Virus record (IMG/VR): IMGVR_UViG_3300029893_000001
Coordinates: 62,001 to 126,000 of that record
Length of the DNA stretch: 64,000 nt
Reading direction: 5' to 3' (one strand)
The position numbers were made by a program, and so were the translations under genes. Below the pieces are notes generated by a model that worked only from the letters and a program-made list of their open reading frames with translations, ran no database searches and was not told the origin of the DNA. Shown piece after piece: positions 49,286 to 58,480 of this stretch. How positions within the stretch are numbered: position 1 is the stretch's first letter; each line of letters opens with the position of its first letter.

Positions 49286-49993
49286 TCATTTGAATGAGTG
49301 GGGATCTTTTTCGAGTTCCTCATTGGTAGTTGGGTTGCTCTCCGAGCTTCGGGCATAGAGAGCCTCGTCAAATCTAGCCTCAGCATCGTACAAGGCAGAC
49401 CTGGTCAGCCTATTGGACCACCACGCGCGGATAAGGTCCAATCCAGCGTCCATAAGTCTCTCGTCTCTAAGCTCCTCGTGAATGCGTTTTGTAGTGGTCT
49501 TAGATTTGCTGGCACTCGAATCTGTACTAGCTTCGTTAGAATTCGACGATCTGCGCGCAAACAAGACATAGGCGTGCCTCATATCAGGAAATTCCGTAAG
49601 AAGCTCTGATACCGCCTGTCTGAGAGGACTTAGATCTGAATCATCCGATAGAAGATCTTGGATCGAAGGTGGTTGGGCACGTCGAAAGTTGTGGGTCGAA
49701 TCTGGAACAAGAGCAGGAGTGTCGCGCGTCAAAGGCAACTCACCCTGTTCTAAGTAGGCCGCCGCGTCCAAAAACATGAGTGCTAAATCTCGCAATTGGC
49801 GAGCTGTCAGGCCTTTGTAGTCATTTCCGCGAATCTCCATGTTTGTCGAAAACGCGCCAAAAGCACCGTTTTGCACAAACACTACAGCACGGTCTACTCG
49901 TCTCACGTCCCTTGTGATGCTAAATGTTACTCCACTGTTGCCAGTATGGATGTACCTAGACGAGAGGCACAACTCTTCTTTGTTTCTAGCCAT
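49286..49993 (-). CDS. hypothetical protein
   Basis: 235 aa, GGAG RBS. Confidence 0.6.
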   Translation of the reverse strand: MARNKEELCLSSRYIHTGNSGVTFSITRDVRRVDRAVVFVQNGAFGAFSTNMEIRGNDYKGLTARQLRDLALMFLDAAAYLEQGELPLTRDTPALVPDSTHNFRRAQPPSIQDLLSDDSDLSPLRQAVSELLTEFPDMRHAYVLFARRSSNSNEASTDSSASKSKTTTKRIHEELRDERLMDAGLDLIRAWWSNRLTRSALYDAEARFDEALYARSSESNPTTNEELEKDPHSFK

Positions 49994-50074
49994 TTTACTT
50001 TCTCCAGTTTGGTGTTCAGCTAGTCTGCTGAATTTAACCGAACCAAAGCTTTACAAGGCTAGAGGCAGACAAAG

Positions 50075-50161
50075 CGGAGGGAGTGGGATTCGAACCCACG
50101 GTACCCTTGCGGGTACACAGCATTTCCAGTGCTGCGCCATCGACCACTCGGCCATCCCTCC
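50075..50161 (-). tRNA. tRNA-Ser(GGA)
   Basis: Class II, loop CTGGAAA. Confidence 0.92.
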
Positions 50162-50653
50162 AAAGAACACGTTTACAGAGGCGGAATGATGAATCTGGAG
50201 CCTCGGAACTTTTTCCAATTCCTACCCGTCCGACGCTCCGCGCGCGCCGCCCGCCTCTTCCATTTCTTTCGGCTCCGGGCAACGTGTGTACTATTACTAC
50301 CGGAGCAAGGGGCCCTCCTTCCCACGTTGGACCGTGGTCTTGAATATGACCGTGACCGCGACGATGATTTACATGACTACTCACGACTACTTCCCGTTTC
50401 CGGAGGAACTATCAGAAGGACTGGACTGTCTAGCCAGCGTATCTTGGCAGTCCTGGAGCCATTTTGCAAATTCCGCCTTGGGAATTCGTTGAATGATACC
50501 TTCATGTCGAAGAGAAGAACGGATCTCTACCCAATCCAACAGTGGATTGATGGAAGCAGAAAGATTCCTCTTAGGCCATCCATCATCCTCTGTGTCCCCT
50601 GCGTACACTGTCTCAGTGTGAATCCACGTGCGATCGTCCGACACAAATACCTC

Positions 50654-50824
50654 CTAGGGGTCTAAACCCATATCCAGCAACAATGTGACTAGAAAAGGCG
50701 CTGAGATTCCACAGCGCCGGCAGTACCACAGTGTCGTATCATCATACGGACTGTCGTTCCGCCAGCGCCAATCATGGCGACATTTTCGTTCCTGGGGGTA
50801 TTCCGGAACGCGATAGGCACTCAT
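50654..50824 (-). CDS. small Cys/His zinc-finger protein (below ORF-track cutoff)
   Basis: MSAYRVPE...KCRHDW...WYCRRCG; ATGA overlap with the vWA gene. Confidence 0.55.
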   Translation of the reverse strand: MSAYRVPEYPQERKCRHDWRWRNDSPYDDTTLWYCRRCGISAPFLVTLLLDMGLDP

Positions 50825-51921
50825 GCTGCAACAGCCGCAGACCAGTCCTCAACTTCGTAGAGGAATCGAGTCCCGGCAATCAACTTACGATTCGACGAAG
50901 TCGACTGAATGAACACGTTGTAGTCCTCAAGCTTTGAATCCCTCGGATTCACATTTCCACGAGTCCCGAATGGGAGACCAATCATGGCCCTAGCCTGTAC
51001 CCCAGAGAACAAATCACCCGAAGCCTTGTGCTCCAAAATGACTTCCTTGTTCTCCTGAACAAGGACCGACTTCGTGAATTCGTAGAAGCCTCGTCCCTTT
51101 GCGAAGGTGGCTCCCATCGATTCGGCGAATTCCTTAATCGGAGTGTCTCTGTCCACTTTGAAAATCTGGAACCGACCAGGCGGGACAGGCTTCAAGTCCT
51201 TTGGTGACCCGAAGTCAACCTTTACTTCCTTCCCAGTTAGAACTCCGAAGATCTGAGCCATGTCGCGATTCATACGACCTGCGTCTTGCACATGGTCGCG
51301 GAATCGAATCAGGCGTTCTTCGCCCGCCTGCTTGTAGCAAATGGCCATAATCAGGTCGACAACCTGACGAAACTGATTCAGGTTGAGGTGTAGGCCGCCA
51401 GAGCCCTTCGCAATCTCTCGATAGAACGAAGTAGACTCGTACCGGTTCAATGCTTGTACTCCGTATACATGAATGCCAGCCTCGCGGAGGAGTGCGATCT
51501 CATTTCTCCAATCGAGGCGCTTCACATTGTCTGGATACGTAGGAGGATGCGGGGTTGCATCACCAATCATTACGAGTACTTTCTGCTTGCCTGCAGACCA
51601 CGTTAGACGGCGAGCCTCATGAAGTACCAATTCATAGCACTCTGGAGCGTCGCCTCCCCCAGTCGGTTCGACTTTTTGGACGAACTTCACGATCTCGTCC
51701 TCATTAGTTGTGAGGTCGAGCATCTTGATGACGTACTTACCGCGTGGAGGGGCATCGCAGTAATCGCCATGGGCGATGATACCAATGCGAATTCCCGGCA
51801 CGTCCTTGAAGAGCTGCTTCACAGTAGAGGCTACTGTGGCCCTCACTTGGGAAAGGCAAGGATACATGCTGCCGGTGGTGTCAAAGGAGAAAACAATATC
51901 AATGGATTCGGGGGATGACAT
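50821..51921 (-). CDS. vWA domain protein
   Basis: FDTTGSM, HGDYCD, GGGDAPE, IGDA.PH. Confidence 0.88.
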   Translation of the reverse strand: MSSPESIDIVFSFDTTGSMYPCLSQVRATVASTVKQLFKDVPGIRIGIIAHGDYCDAPPRGKYVIKMLDLTTNEDEIVKFVQKVEPTGGGDAPECYELVLHEARRLTWSAGKQKVLVMIGDATPHPPTYPDNVKRLDWRNEIALLREAGIHVYGVQALNRYESTSFYREIAKGSGGLHLNLNQFRQVVDLIMAICYKQAGEERLIRFRDHVQDAGRMNRDMAQIFGVLTGKEVKVDFGSPKDLKPVPPGRFQIFKVDRDTPIKEFAESMGATFAKGRGFYEFTKSVLVQENKEVILEHKASGDLFSGVQARAMIGLPFGTRGNVNPRDSKLEDYNVFIQSTSSNRKLIAGTRFLYEVEDWSAAVAA

Positions 51922-51993
51922 ACAACGTACTCTAGGGTAAGGGGTTACGGAATGACGTCTCGTACTTGGATGGCTACGAGCGGCCTAAAGAAA

Positions 51994-52066
51994 TGGAGCT
52001 GAGGGGGATCGAACCCCTGACCTCATGACTGCCAGTCATGCGCTCTCCCAACTGAGCTACAGCCCC
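51994..52066 (-). tRNA. tRNA-Ala(GGC)
   Basis: G3:U70 pair, loop CTGGCAG. Confidence 0.95.
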
Positions 52067-52091
52067 AGGTCGTCTTGAAAGATAGCAGGCA

Positions 52092-52652
52092 CTAGGTAAG
52101 AGTCCATCCATTTTTGAGACATAATTTCTGGTATCTGCCCCAGGCGTTCTTGATCTCTACACGCTTTTTCTGGGCATATTGGATGCAACTAAAGGTGCCT
52201 CCAGAAGTACTGCCGTCCCACAGGGCTAAAAGCCGCCCTCTTTGGGCTTCCTTAGACAAAACTGCATCCGAAACACGGTCTACCATCCACTCATTTCGGC
52301 GATGAAGCTTCCACGCCGCATAGCCTCCAGGACTAACCACAGTCGTCTGGGACGCCATCTTCAGAAGAGCATGGTATTCTTTCTGTGCAGCCTTCGGCCA
52401 TTTAGCTTCCTGTCCCTCGAACGGGACTGCTGCGATCCAAGGAATACCAGCGGACACAGCCGCCGATGCTAATGCTTGATCCCAACCCTGGGCCATACCG
52501 CTAACTACTAATAGTGTATCGACTTTAGTTAGGTAGTAGGCCAAACATTCCGAGGCGAGGTCTACCAATAACTGAAAGCCGTCGGATGAATAGCCCTTCG
52601 CTAATCGACTTGGTCGATGTCCGGTACCTGCAAGGATGAGGTCTACGTTCAC
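52092..52652 (-). CDS. YspA/DUF1273 SLOG protein
   Basis: TGHRP, SGMAQGWD, RNEWMVD, WDG..SGGT. Confidence 0.85.
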   Translation of the reverse strand: MNVDLILAGTGHRPSRLAKGYSSDGFQLLVDLASECLAYYLTKVDTLLVVSGMAQGWDQALASAAVSAGIPWIAAVPFEGQEAKWPKAAQKEYHALLKMASQTTVVSPGGYAAWKLHRRNEWMVDRVSDAVLSKEAQRGRLLALWDGSTSGGTFSCIQYAQKKRVEIKNAWGRYQKLCLKNGWTLT

Positions 52653-52654
52653 GG

Positions 52655-53134
52655 CTATCTTTTCTCATACAGGTAAAGCACTGCTGCCCACGGTGAGGGC
52701 AAAACATGAGCTGCTTCTTCCATGTTCTCTGCACACCAGACCATTTGGTCTAAAAACATGCGGGCATGAAAGTATGCCTCCAAAATAGGCCTGGTGTGCA
52801 TCAGCCAATTCTCGTTATGACTTAGGTCGAAGACCTTGTGAGTACCCTCAGAGACGATCTGTTCATACCATTTGTTTAGAGGGCATCCACCAAGCTCCCT
52901 AAACATCTCCGTCCAGTCGACGGTAAATCCTTGAATGCGGTAGAATTTGAAGCTTTGATGGTAGAACCGGTAGAAGAGATCTGGGGCCCCGAACTCACGG
53001 TCTGCATTTCTCTGCTCATCCTTGAGCTTAGGGAGATGGTCCTTTAGCCGCCGTAAGAGGGCCTCATGGAATTCATGCATCTTACGCTGCTGCTCTCGAA
53101 GCTCTTCTTGCCACTGCTCTTTGGTCTTTGTCAT
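52655..53134 (-). CDS. hypothetical protein
   Basis: YRFYHQSFK...W...TRPILEAYFHA. Confidence 0.6.
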   Translation of the reverse strand: MTKTKEQWQEELREQQRKMHEFHEALLRRLKDHLPKLKDEQRNADREFGAPDLFYRFYHQSFKFYRIQGFTVDWTEMFRELGGCPLNKWYEQIVSEGTHKVFDLSHNENWLMHTRPILEAYFHARMFLDQMVWCAENMEEAAHVLPSPWAAVLYLYEKR

Positions 53135-53144
53135 TTGAGCACCG

Positions 53145-53186
53145 CCAGAGTGGACACAACACCGACCAGAGTGGACACAACACCGA
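53145..53186. repeat. perfect 21-bp tandem duplication
   Basis: ccagagtggacacaacaccga x2. Confidence 0.95.
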
Positions 53187-53358
53187 CAGCCAGCCCAAAA
53201 CAAAACCACAGTGTTCGAGTAACAAGACGACTCAGTTGCCACTCTCGGTCGGCCTCCTGAAAGGCTCCGATCACTAGCGCCCTGTCACGAGGTTCAAATT
53301 CACGCAGTCTCTCCAGCAAAGCAGTTCGCTTTTCTCCAAGATCCACCTGATACTCCTA

Positions 53359-53432
53359 TAGCAATGGTCGGACTCGAACCGACGACCTATCCCTTATGAG
53401 GGGATCGCTCTAGCCACCTGAGCTACATTGCC
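53359..53432 (-). tRNA. tRNA(CAT), Met or Ile2
   Basis: Loop CTCATAA. Confidence 0.9.
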
Positions 53433-53907
53433 GAATAGCGTGTACGACCTCCAATGCAGCTTCTCGCATTGTATGCTTTGGAGTACGTCGTGTAACCTTT
53501 TGGTAGAGCCAAGAAGGGTATGACATTTTCTCGGCGGTCTCTGGATAGCCGAGAATAATGTGCTTTTCTCGAAGCCAGTATCCCAGTTCAATGTTCGAAG
53601 TGAACCCAGGCATTCCTCCCGCGACATCACGAGGAATCCAGAAAAGGAGAACGTCGCAAGAACTGATGGCTAGGTACTCCCACTCTGTCTGATGATCGTA
53701 GTTACCGTGATATTTTCCTGTGCGATCTTCGGGAATAACGAGAGCAGGCTCTTTCCCGTTGAGGTGGGTAACCATGAAATACTGGGTAAGGATGTCCACC
53801 ATCTCTGGTCTCCACGACTTCACATCGTTAGAACGTGGCGTGGGACCAGCCAAGAATACCATTTTCATGGAATATGGAATTGGCTCCAAAGCGTAGACCA
53901 GCTTCAT
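53410..53907 (-). CDS. nucleoside 2-deoxyribosyltransferase-like protein
   Basis: VFLAGP, SWR, Q.EWE, FW.PR, T.N.ELG. Confidence 0.8.
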   Translation of the reverse strand: MKLVYALEPIPYSMKMVFLAGPTPRSNDVKSWRPEMVDILTQYFMVTHLNGKEPALVIPEDRTGKYHGNYDHQTEWEYLAISSCDVLLFWIPRDVAGGMPGFTSNIELGYWLREKHIILGYPETAEKMSYPSWLYQKVTRRTPKHTMREAALEVVHAIRQCSSGG

Positions 53908-53937
53908 TACGGTTTACCCTTTCGGTTATCTAGAAGT

Positions 53938-54213
53938 ATGCGTTACCTACTCCTGACAACACTTTTACTAACTGGCTGTTCCTCCGGACCACAGATTCCG
54001 ACAACGACTCCAGTTGTATACGTCGCGTGCACGTGGAATGTGGCAGATGGCGGCACGTGTTCAAATTGCACGTGCTCGATTGAGCGCAGTCTAGCCGTTG
54101 CCAAACCACTTACTGTTGGGAATGAGATTCCTGACGCAAATGTCACGGTGAATGGTGCTGTAAACACCACCGTTTCAGGGCAAGAATCTGAGACTGAACA
54201 AGCTTCGGAGTAA
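53938..54213 (+). CDS. putative lipoprotein
   Basis: MRYLLLTTLLLTGC lipobox. Confidence 0.65.
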   Translation: MRYLLLTTLLLTGCSSGPQIPTTTPVVYVACTWNVADGGTCSNCTCSIERSLAVAKPLTVGNEIPDANVTVNGAVNTTVSGQESETEQASE

Positions 54214-54215
54214 AA

Positions 54216-54288
54216 TCGGACCGGGTGGAATCGAACCACCGACCTCACGATTATCAGTCGTGCGCTCTAACCGCTGAGCTACGGTCCG
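54216..54288 (-). tRNA. tRNA-Ile(GAT)
   Basis: Loop CTGATAA. Confidence 0.92.
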
Positions 54289-54293
54289 TCGAG

Positions 54294-54367
54294 TGATCCC
54301 AGGGGGATTTGAACCCGCCATTACCAGCGTGAGAGGCTGGTGTCCTGAGCCATTAGACGATGGGACC
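54294..54367 (-). tRNA. tRNA-Glu(CTC)
   Basis: Loop CTCTCAC. Confidence 0.9.
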
Positions 54368-54370
54368 AAA

Positions 54371-54406
54371 TCGGCGACAGGAGGTAGTCCCCGTTGCATT
54401 CGCCGA
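54371..54406 (-). ncRNA. Y RNA-like 6 (minimal 36-nt Ro-binding stem)
   Basis: TCGGCGAATGCAACGGGGACTACCTCCTGTCGCCGA. Confidence 0.65.
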
Positions 54407-54730
54407 AGAAACAGATTAGCAGAGGTCCCTGATTAAGTCACGCCACTGCTTTTGATAGCGGCGCCGACGTCTCTCCTGACCCCCATCACCTACAGTTATC
54501 ACTGTAGTCGTAACGGTCTTCGGAGCCGGTTGCATGTCAATCACTGGACCGTGTGACTGCCTCGGAGTCGCCCCGCAGGACGCACATGTTGGTGTTGGAG
54601 CAACGACTCCCCACCAAAACTGCGGAACCTGAACTGGGCCACCGCAGATTGAGCAAGTTCCAACGGTTCTACAATTGCCTAGATGCATGTTGCCTTCTTT
54701 CTTCCCCAACAGAGGGGACTCGAATTCTTC

Positions 54731-55339
54731 TTAGTGAAGTGATCGATTCTTTCGATTCTGAAAGGCTTCGTACTGCTTCTGGGCAAAAAGTTTGCCCTCC
54801 GCAGTCGTTGCCCAGAAACCATTCTCGCCGCACACCCAAAAGCGGCCCCTACCATGATGCTCGCAGCGATGGCATGTAGTGCCAGCCAGATGCCATTCGT
54901 CCGAAAATTCGCGGTAGCCCCAACTCAGGCCGTGCCGATGAGCTAATGAATTCATGCATCGCTCGCACGTCTCTGCTGCAAGCAGGACAGCCATTTCAAA
55001 GTCGTACGTCTTCGCAAATGACCCATATCTCAGAAACTGAATTGTGCGGTCCCTTAGGGTAGGCCGGCACATTGCGAGCACGAGATCAGAACTGTACGAC
55101 GATGTAGCTGAAGCTATAAGCTCACAGCCACCATCATCTTTCAAGCGCAACCACTTGGTGTGAACTTCTCGTGGAAAACGACTGACCTGAATGGTCGCCC
55201 CGCTCGGCGCACCCTGCCACGGTTCTGTGGTGGCTGGGATATACTCGCCTTCATCGTTTTCGTACCAAATGCGCTCAAATCTAAATGCCATTTCTAAGCC
55301 CCGCTGAAAAGAATTAGACGACAGGTGGTGCAGAGACAT
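54731..55339 (-). CDS. hypothetical protein
   Basis: CERC...CHRC; true start probably MAFRFE. Confidence 0.55.
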   Translation of the reverse strand: MSLHHLSSNSFQRGLEMAFRFERIWYENDEGEYIPATTEPWQGAPSGATIQVSRFPREVHTKWLRLKDDGGCELIASATSSYSSDLVLAMCRPTLRDRTIQFLRYGSFAKTYDFEMAVLLAAETCERCMNSLAHRHGLSWGYREFSDEWHLAGTTCHRCEHHGRGRFWVCGENGFWATTAEGKLFAQKQYEAFQNRKNRSLH

Positions 55340-55458
55340 TTACCGCTACGTCTGCCAATTTCGCCATACAGCTCCTAGGAGCTGCACCCGGACTCGAACC
55401 GGGACGCCACGTGGGCCGCGGTTTCTTTGTAGATGTAGTCTCTACGGCATTCGTCTAA
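55314..55458 (-). ncRNA. Y RNA-like 7 (Leu-type class II mimic)
   Basis: GACGAATG...variable arm, T-arm, looped acceptor, D-arm TGGCGAAATTGGCAGACG...CCTGTCGTC. Confidence 0.85.
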
Positions 55459-55530
55459 AGCGGCTGGCGGGATTCGAACCCGCGACATCTTGCATGGCAA
55501 GCAAGTGCTCTACCCCTGAGCTACAGCCGC
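55459..55530 (-). tRNA. tRNA-Gly(GCC)
   Basis: Loop TTGCCAT. Confidence 0.93.
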
Positions 55531-55619
55531 AGTCAAGACGGTACACAAAACTGCCTTCGGAGAGGATTCGCTTTGCTTCTCTGATGTCATTCATCAATCC
55601 AGCCGTCTTACCTGGCGAA

Positions 55620-55691
55620 AGCGGGCGATGGGATTCGAACCCACGACATTCTGCTTGGAAGGCAGACACTCTACCACTGAGTTACACCCGC
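55620..55691 (-). tRNA. tRNA-Gly(TCC)
   Basis: Loop CTTCCAA. Confidence 0.93.
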
Positions 55692-55759
55692 ACTGGTTCA
55701 TCTAGATAAGGTATCTCGTATCAGCATATCAGCCTGCACCTCGCTAATCCCATAAGCCG

Positions 55760-55799
55760 TAACAAAGAGCCCCCTAAGATAACAAAGAGCCCCCTAAGA
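55760..55799. repeat. perfect 20-bp tandem duplication
   Basis: taacaaagagccccctaaga x2. Confidence 0.95.
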
Positions 55800-55923
55800 C
55801 CAGAACGGAAATCAGGGCAAGAATTCCACAACAAAATTATATCTTCGTTGGACAAGCGCGATAGTTTATCGAGCACGTCGTTCGTGTAGCCTGAGAGAGC
55901 TATGATCAAATCTCGATCCATGT

Positions 55924-55994
55924 AGCAGCGTGTTGGACTCGAACCAACCTAGGGACGATTTTGCAGACCGTCTTGGACACCCGTCCTACGCCGC
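55924..55994 (-). tRNA. tRNA-Cys(GCA) with reduced D-loop
   Basis: GCGGCGT/ACGCTGC acceptor, U73, loop CTGCAAA. Confidence 0.78.
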
Positions 55995-56085
55995 GCTGTT
56001 CTTAGTCGATGGCAGTTGACACACACCAACTCACATTTTTCTAGTTCGCGAATTATACGTGCTTTCGAATAACCCCGACTAGGAG
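55995..56085 (-). pseudogene. HNH endonuclease C-terminal remnant
   Basis: GYSKARIIRELEKCELVCVNCHRLRT matches the C-terminus of 47036..47440. Confidence 0.6.
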
Positions 56086-56370
56086 CTGCTCGTCCAGCAG
56101 CTTGTAGCGGCGCTCGGTCTCCGCGATCATGCGCGGCAGCGCTTCGTAGCCCGCATCGGTGAGCCAGCCGGTCCGCAACGACACGCCGTACTCCCACCAG
56201 CCCTTGCGGGTCCACTTGTCCAGGACGTAGGCCCAGCGCGACGACAGCTCTGCCCACTCCGCTTCGGAGAGGCAGTCCTGTTCCACGACGCTGCCGCCGC
56301 GGAAGTCGCGCTCCATCTCCAGCATCCGGCGCATCATCCGGATCTCGTCGGGCTTCACGTGGCCGTTCAC
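56053..56370 (-). CDS. hypothetical protein on a GC-rich insert
   Basis: AAGGAG RBS, strongly GC3-rich codons. Confidence 0.65.
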   Translation of the reverse strand: MNGHVKPDEIRMMRRMLEMERDFRGGSVVEQDCLSEAEWAELSSRWAYVLDKWTRKGWWEYGVSLRTGWLTDAGYEALPRMIAETERRYKLLDEQLLVGVIRKHV

Positions 56371-56726
56371 GGTTCTCTCCTTCGACTACGGTCTGCGGCC
56401 CGGATCCGCCTGACGGGGGCCTGGACCTCGGTGCCTCGTCCTTAGTGTGTCCGTCTAAGAAGGCACAAGCGTCTCCTCCTGGAGTTACGAAAGCCTCAGA
56501 ACGGGTTTTTGCCAACAGGTTTCCTAGCCTAATTTCGTCTCCGATACGGACTTTTTTGTTGAAAGAAGCCGCCATCGCTAATTGCTCTTTCACAATCTCT
56601 AATTTCCCTGATATGAGGCACAGGTACTTTGTATGTATTTGCTAAGTGTGTCAACAGCTTCATCTAAGGATAACACGCCTATTTCTTGAGCAGTGATGCT
56701 TTTCATTACTATTTTTCCTTATGCCA

Positions 56727-56800
56727 TAGGGACGGTGGGATTCGAACCCACACTGCACAGATCCTAAGTCTGTTGCCTCCTGCCGTTGGGCTACGTCCCC
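56727..56800 (-). tRNA. tRNA-Leu(TAG), short variable arm
   Basis: Loop CTTAGGA. Confidence 0.85.
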
Positions 56801-56859
56801 TTCTTGTTGCCCCATGTCTTCGTTTGCTGATGACGTGGCACAACGCACTGTTTTACAAA

Positions 56860-57080
56860 CGTCCACAGCGGGATTCGAACCCGCACCACTTGAACCAAGC
56901 CTTCTTGTTAGGAAACGCGCTTCCGTAGCGACCCGGGTCCTCCGTGCCATTCCGTGCATCCGCAACCTTTGAAGGCGCCCCACACCCCTACTTTGCAATC
57001 TTCGAGTAGCAGGTGTTCTCAGTGCCTTTTACGGCCATCGGCTCCGTTTTTCCGACGCTCTGCCCTTGAGCTATGTGGAC
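56860..57080 (-). ncRNA. 221-nt tRNA-framed RNA with about 170-nt insert at the anticodon arm
   Basis: GTCCACA/TGTGGAC acceptor, GCTC-AAGGGCA-GAGC D-arm, GCGGG-TTCGAAT-CCCGC T-arm. Confidence 0.75.
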
Positions 57081-57563
57081 AAAACTTTGTGTGTTCCCTC
57101 TATTGGCGTACCCTCGTGTTTGAGAGTGGCAATTTGGGCATAGAAATCGTAAGTTATTCGGACGATTGTCGGCCCAATCGCCGTTCTTATGATCGATCTC
57201 AAGAATCAACGGTTGCCTGTTCCATTCAACCAGCAAACACTTCTCACATTCATACTTTCGTCCTGACTCAATCAAAGCACGACGAAGTATACGCGACTTT
57301 TGCCTTTTATCAGCAGCAGATTTAACGAGTCGTTCTTGCCAAGATTTCTTCTGCGGACCACCACGATGGTGAGATCCTGAATTAGACGCCTTGCCCAGAA
57401 AGTGAGTTGTGTCTAATCCAAAACGTTTGATGGTCCTCGATAAGTGTGTAGATATACTACCAGTCTGGCGCTTACCCAATTTTCTGAGTACTTCGGCAAC
57501 TGAGATACTATCTTTTACGAGAGGCTCCAGAAGCTCTCTGGTGTATTTTGTGTACGCTCGCAT
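56988..57563 (-). CDS. HNH homing endonuclease
   Basis: CEKC...LEIDHKNGD..DNR..NLRFLCPNCHSQT. Confidence 0.9.
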   Translation of the reverse strand: MRAYTKYTRELLEPLVKDSISVAEVLRKLGKRQTGSISTHLSRTIKRFGLDTTHFLGKASNSGSHHRGGPQKKSWQERLVKSAADKRQKSRILRRALIESGRKYECEKCLLVEWNRQPLILEIDHKNGDWADNRPNNLRFLCPNCHSQTRGYANRGNTQSFVHIAQGQSVGKTEPMAVKGTENTCYSKIAK

Positions 57564-57574
57564 CTCTATTTTAC

Positions 57575-57657
57575 TGTCGAGGGAGGGAGTCGAACCCTCA
57601 TGCCCATAAGGGCGTAGCATCCTTAGTGCTATGCGTCTGCCATTCCGCCACCCCGAC
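57575..57657 (-). tRNA. tRNA-Leu(AAG)
   Basis: Class II cloverleaf; TAGCA-CTAAGGA-TGCTA. Confidence 0.88.
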
Positions 57658-58200
57658 AAGCTAACAAGTGTTAGTCATCTATGAACAGTACACCCAATAC
57701 CTCTTTACGTGCACCATTTATAGTGACACGAAACCAGGCACCGTCTGATTCTCTCTCTAGGAGAAGAATCGCAAAATTAGAGTCCAACCAATCAGCTTTT
57801 CCTGCCTCTGTCCAGTCTCTCCCTCTAAGAGACCATCCGTTGTACGGAGTATGATCTCTAGTGGAAAGCTCCTCGATCACGTCCCAAGAAATGTATGGCT
57901 CTATGGTTTGGATATTGTTGCTATTCATCTATTAAACTACCTTTCTTGTTTACGTCCCAGCCAAACTACAACAACGGCCAGCGAGCATTACCCTACCGCA
58001 ATGGCGACAAGGTTTAACTAGCTCGGCCTCTAGCTTGGCCATCTCTCCCCACCATTTCATGACCAAAGCCTTTCTATGCTGAGGATTAGCACACGAATCC
58101 ATGTTTCCTACGCATAGTCGGTCCTCCTCGGAGGTACATGAAGTAGCACAAGTTTCCTTGCTGACTTGCTTTGTAGTTTCCATCGAAGACCTGAATTAGC

Positions 58201-58335
58201 GTGTCGACAGGAAGTGTGAAGACGACTTTACGGTGTCCTGGACCTCTAGACGAACTCCCCACAAACAGGGGAGTCTAGGATTCGAACCTAGGTTACCGGC
58301 GTGGTAGGCTTGTAGTCCTCACGAGCATTCGACAC
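58201..58335 (-). ncRNA. Y RNA-like 8 (Glu-type mimic)
   Basis: GTCGAATG...CCGGTAAC, T-arm, looped acceptor, D-arm TCGTCTAGAGGTCCAGGAC...CCTGTCGAC. Confidence 0.85.
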
Positions 58336-58343
58336 AAAAAGAA

Positions 58344-58475
58344 GCACTGACAGGAATTGGAGTGACATTTGGAGCCAATTGCTCTACCCCTGAGCTACCA
58401 GTCATCCAGGATGACTGGGCGGGACTCGAACCCGCGACCTACTGGTTAGATGTAGTCATCTCCGGCATTCAGTGC
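58344..58475 (-). ncRNA. Y RNA-like 9
   Basis: GCACTGAATG...GACTACA, T-arm, CCAGTCAT/ATGACTGG, D-arm...CCTGTCAGTGC. Confidence 0.85.
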
Positions 58476-58480
58476 ATTTA

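Noticed and set aside
50654-50824. Hairpin-rich gap first read as an ncRNA
   Set aside because: It encodes a plausible 56-aa Cys/His ORF coupled to the vWA stop codon.
55949-56593. 214-aa ORF as a real gene
   Set aside because: It reads as a chimera: an off-frame pass through the GC-rich insert joined to an HNH tail.
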